Source: an uncultured Elusimicrobia bacterium (GTDB lineage Bacteria > Elusimicrobiota > Elusimicrobia > 2-01-FULL-59-12). From it: 64,000 nucleotides of DNA. Position numbers and translations under genes: made by a program. Below the pieces are notes generated by a model that ran no database searches, was not told the DNA's origin, and was given only the letters and a program-made list of their open reading frames with translations. Where the stretch lies: NCBI GenBank assembly GCA_963702895.1, contig OY969767.1, forward strand, positions 800,001 through 864,000, read 5' to 3'. Below are positions 62,685-64,000 of the stretch, in pieces. Positions within the stretch are counted from its first letter, which is position 1. The number at the start of each line of letters is the position of its first letter.

Positions 62685-63124
62685 TGCAAAGAACCTGCAT
62701 CTTGGCCAAACCGGACGCCGTTTGTAAGAGCGTGGTCGGGGCTGTGGTGGCGAAACTCGAGCAGGCGGGCCTTCGGCTGCGGGCGATGAAGATGACGCGT
62801 CTGTCGGTCCAGCAAGCGGAAGAGTTTTACCAGGAGCATCACGGAAAGCCGTATTATGGGCCGCTCATCCGCTTCATCACGTCAGCGCCCCTCGTGGCCA
62901 TGGTGTGGGAGGGCGAAGAAGCGATCGCGCGGGCGCGGACGGTGATGGGTGTGACCAATTCTCCCGATGCGGCCCCTGGAAGCATACGCCGTGAGTATGG
63001 CACGAATAACCGCTACAATGCGGTGCACGGGTCCGATTCAGCCGCTTCGGCGGAGCGCGAGATCAAGTTTTTCTTCAAACCAGAAGATATTTTCACGTAC
63101 AACGATAACGACTGGAAGGTGTAG
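62684..63124 (+). CDS. ndk: Nucleoside diphosphate kinase
   Basis: KPDAV, PGSIR, NAVHGSDS. Confidence 0.95.
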
Positions 63125-63126
63125 CT

Positions 63127-63339
63127 ATGGCCAATCCAAAGAAACATCACAGCGCCGCGAGGCGAGATAAGCGAAGAGCCAACTGGAAACGCCTGGAACT
63201 TCCCGGCTTCTCCAAGTGCGCGCAGTGCGGGACGCTCCACATCCCTCATCGCGTCTGTCCGGGCTGCGGCTTTTATAAGGGCCAGCTCGTGGTCGCGGTG
63301 GCTGAAAAGAAGAAGAAGGGCGAAGAAGGTCAGTCCTAA
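63127..63339 (+). CDS. rpmF: 50S ribosomal protein L32
   Basis: MANPKKHHS.ARRDKRR, CAQC, HRVCPGCGFY. Confidence 0.95.
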   Translation: MANPKKHHSAARRDKRRANWKRLELPGFSKCAQCGTLHIPHRVCPGCGFYKGQLVVAVAEKKKKGEEGQS

Positions 63340-63345
63340 TCTTTC

Positions 63346-64000
63346 GTGACCCAGCGCATTCGCATCGCGGTTGACGCCATGGGAGGGGACCACGGACCGG
63401 GTCCCAATCTTGAAGGGGCCGTCGAGGCCTCCCGCAGGCTCGGCCATGAGATCCTGCTCGTGGGTTTCCCCGATGTGCTCGAACGAGAGCTCTCGCGCCT
63501 GAGGGCCTCCGATCTGCCGATCCGCATTGTTCCCAGCGATTCGGTGGTGACCATGGAGGACAGCCCGGCTGCGGGCTGCCGCCAAAAGCCGAATTCATCG
63601 ATCATGGTCGCGGCACGGCTTGTGGCGGACAAGCAGGCAGACGCTCTTGTCTCCGCCGGCAACTCCGGAGCCACGATGGCCGCGTCGCTGTGGCATCTTC
63701 GACGATTGCCACACGTGTCGCGCCCGGCGATCACCACCTTTCTCCCCACGCTCACCGGTTTTTGCGCGCTCACAGATGCCGGCGCCAACGTCGACTGCAA
63801 ACCCAAGCATCTGCTGCAATTTGCTCTCATGGGCCGGCAAGTCATGAAGGCGGTCTTTGGGCGGCACACGCCGAAGGTCGGCATCCTTTCCATCGGCGAA
63901 GAGCCGTCCAAGGGCAATGAGCTCACGCTCGCCTCAGCGGAGCTTATGAAAAAGCATGTTCCCAACTTCATCGGCAATGTGGAAGGACGGGACATCCCGA
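63346..64000 (+). CDS. plsX: Phosphate acyltransferase PlsX (3' truncated by the window)
   Basis: Manual translation VTQRIRIAVDAMGGDHGP...SAGNSGA...RPA...DAGANVD...GNVEGRD; follows rpmF. Confidence 0.92.
   Translation, partial: MTQRIRIAVDAMGGDHGPGPNLEGAVEASRRLGHEILLVGFPDVLERELSRLRASDLPIRIVPSDSVVTMEDSPAAGCRQKPNSSIMVAARLVADKQADALVSAGNSGATMAASLWHLRRLPHVSRPAITTFLPTLTGFCALTDAGANVDCKPKHLLQFALMGRQVMKAVFGRHTPKVGILSIGEEPSKGNELTLASAELMKKHVPNFIGNVEGRDIP

Overview
Bacterial chromosomal segment; the giant secreted proteins suggest Elusimicrobiota or a related lineage (tentative). 1-7.9 kb: two very large secreted/membrane proteins carrying central-metabolic enzyme domains (UDP-sugar pyrophosphorylase-like; tandem FBP aldolase/phosphatase) and a shared C-terminal module. 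7.9-13.2 kb: accessory patch with IS256, a response regulator, repeat-bounded AbiE TA and four-helix-bundle cassettes, a tandem repeat, a tiny Zn-ribbon gene and mazG. 13.3-20 kb: tRNA-Leu/Ser/Ser/Ala, smpB, asmA-like, dnaX, recR. The Leu and Ala tRNAs are each nested inside a split, hairpin-interrupted copy of the same tRNA type. 21.6-48.3 kb: two suf clusters (IS1380 between them), each with an IscR-like box; the second runs into a long operon of Fe-S/TPP client enzymes. 48.3-64 kb: second IS256 copy, parB-like, moeZ, SigR/RsrA-like pair, PBP1, icd, ndk, rpmF, plsX (partial). Top signals: nested tRNAs with a 2-bp-TSD double-hairpin mini-element; both IS256 copies inserted at the same distance from a conserved promoter motif; enzyme-loaded giant proteins. 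All calls come from reading the sequence; no searches were run.
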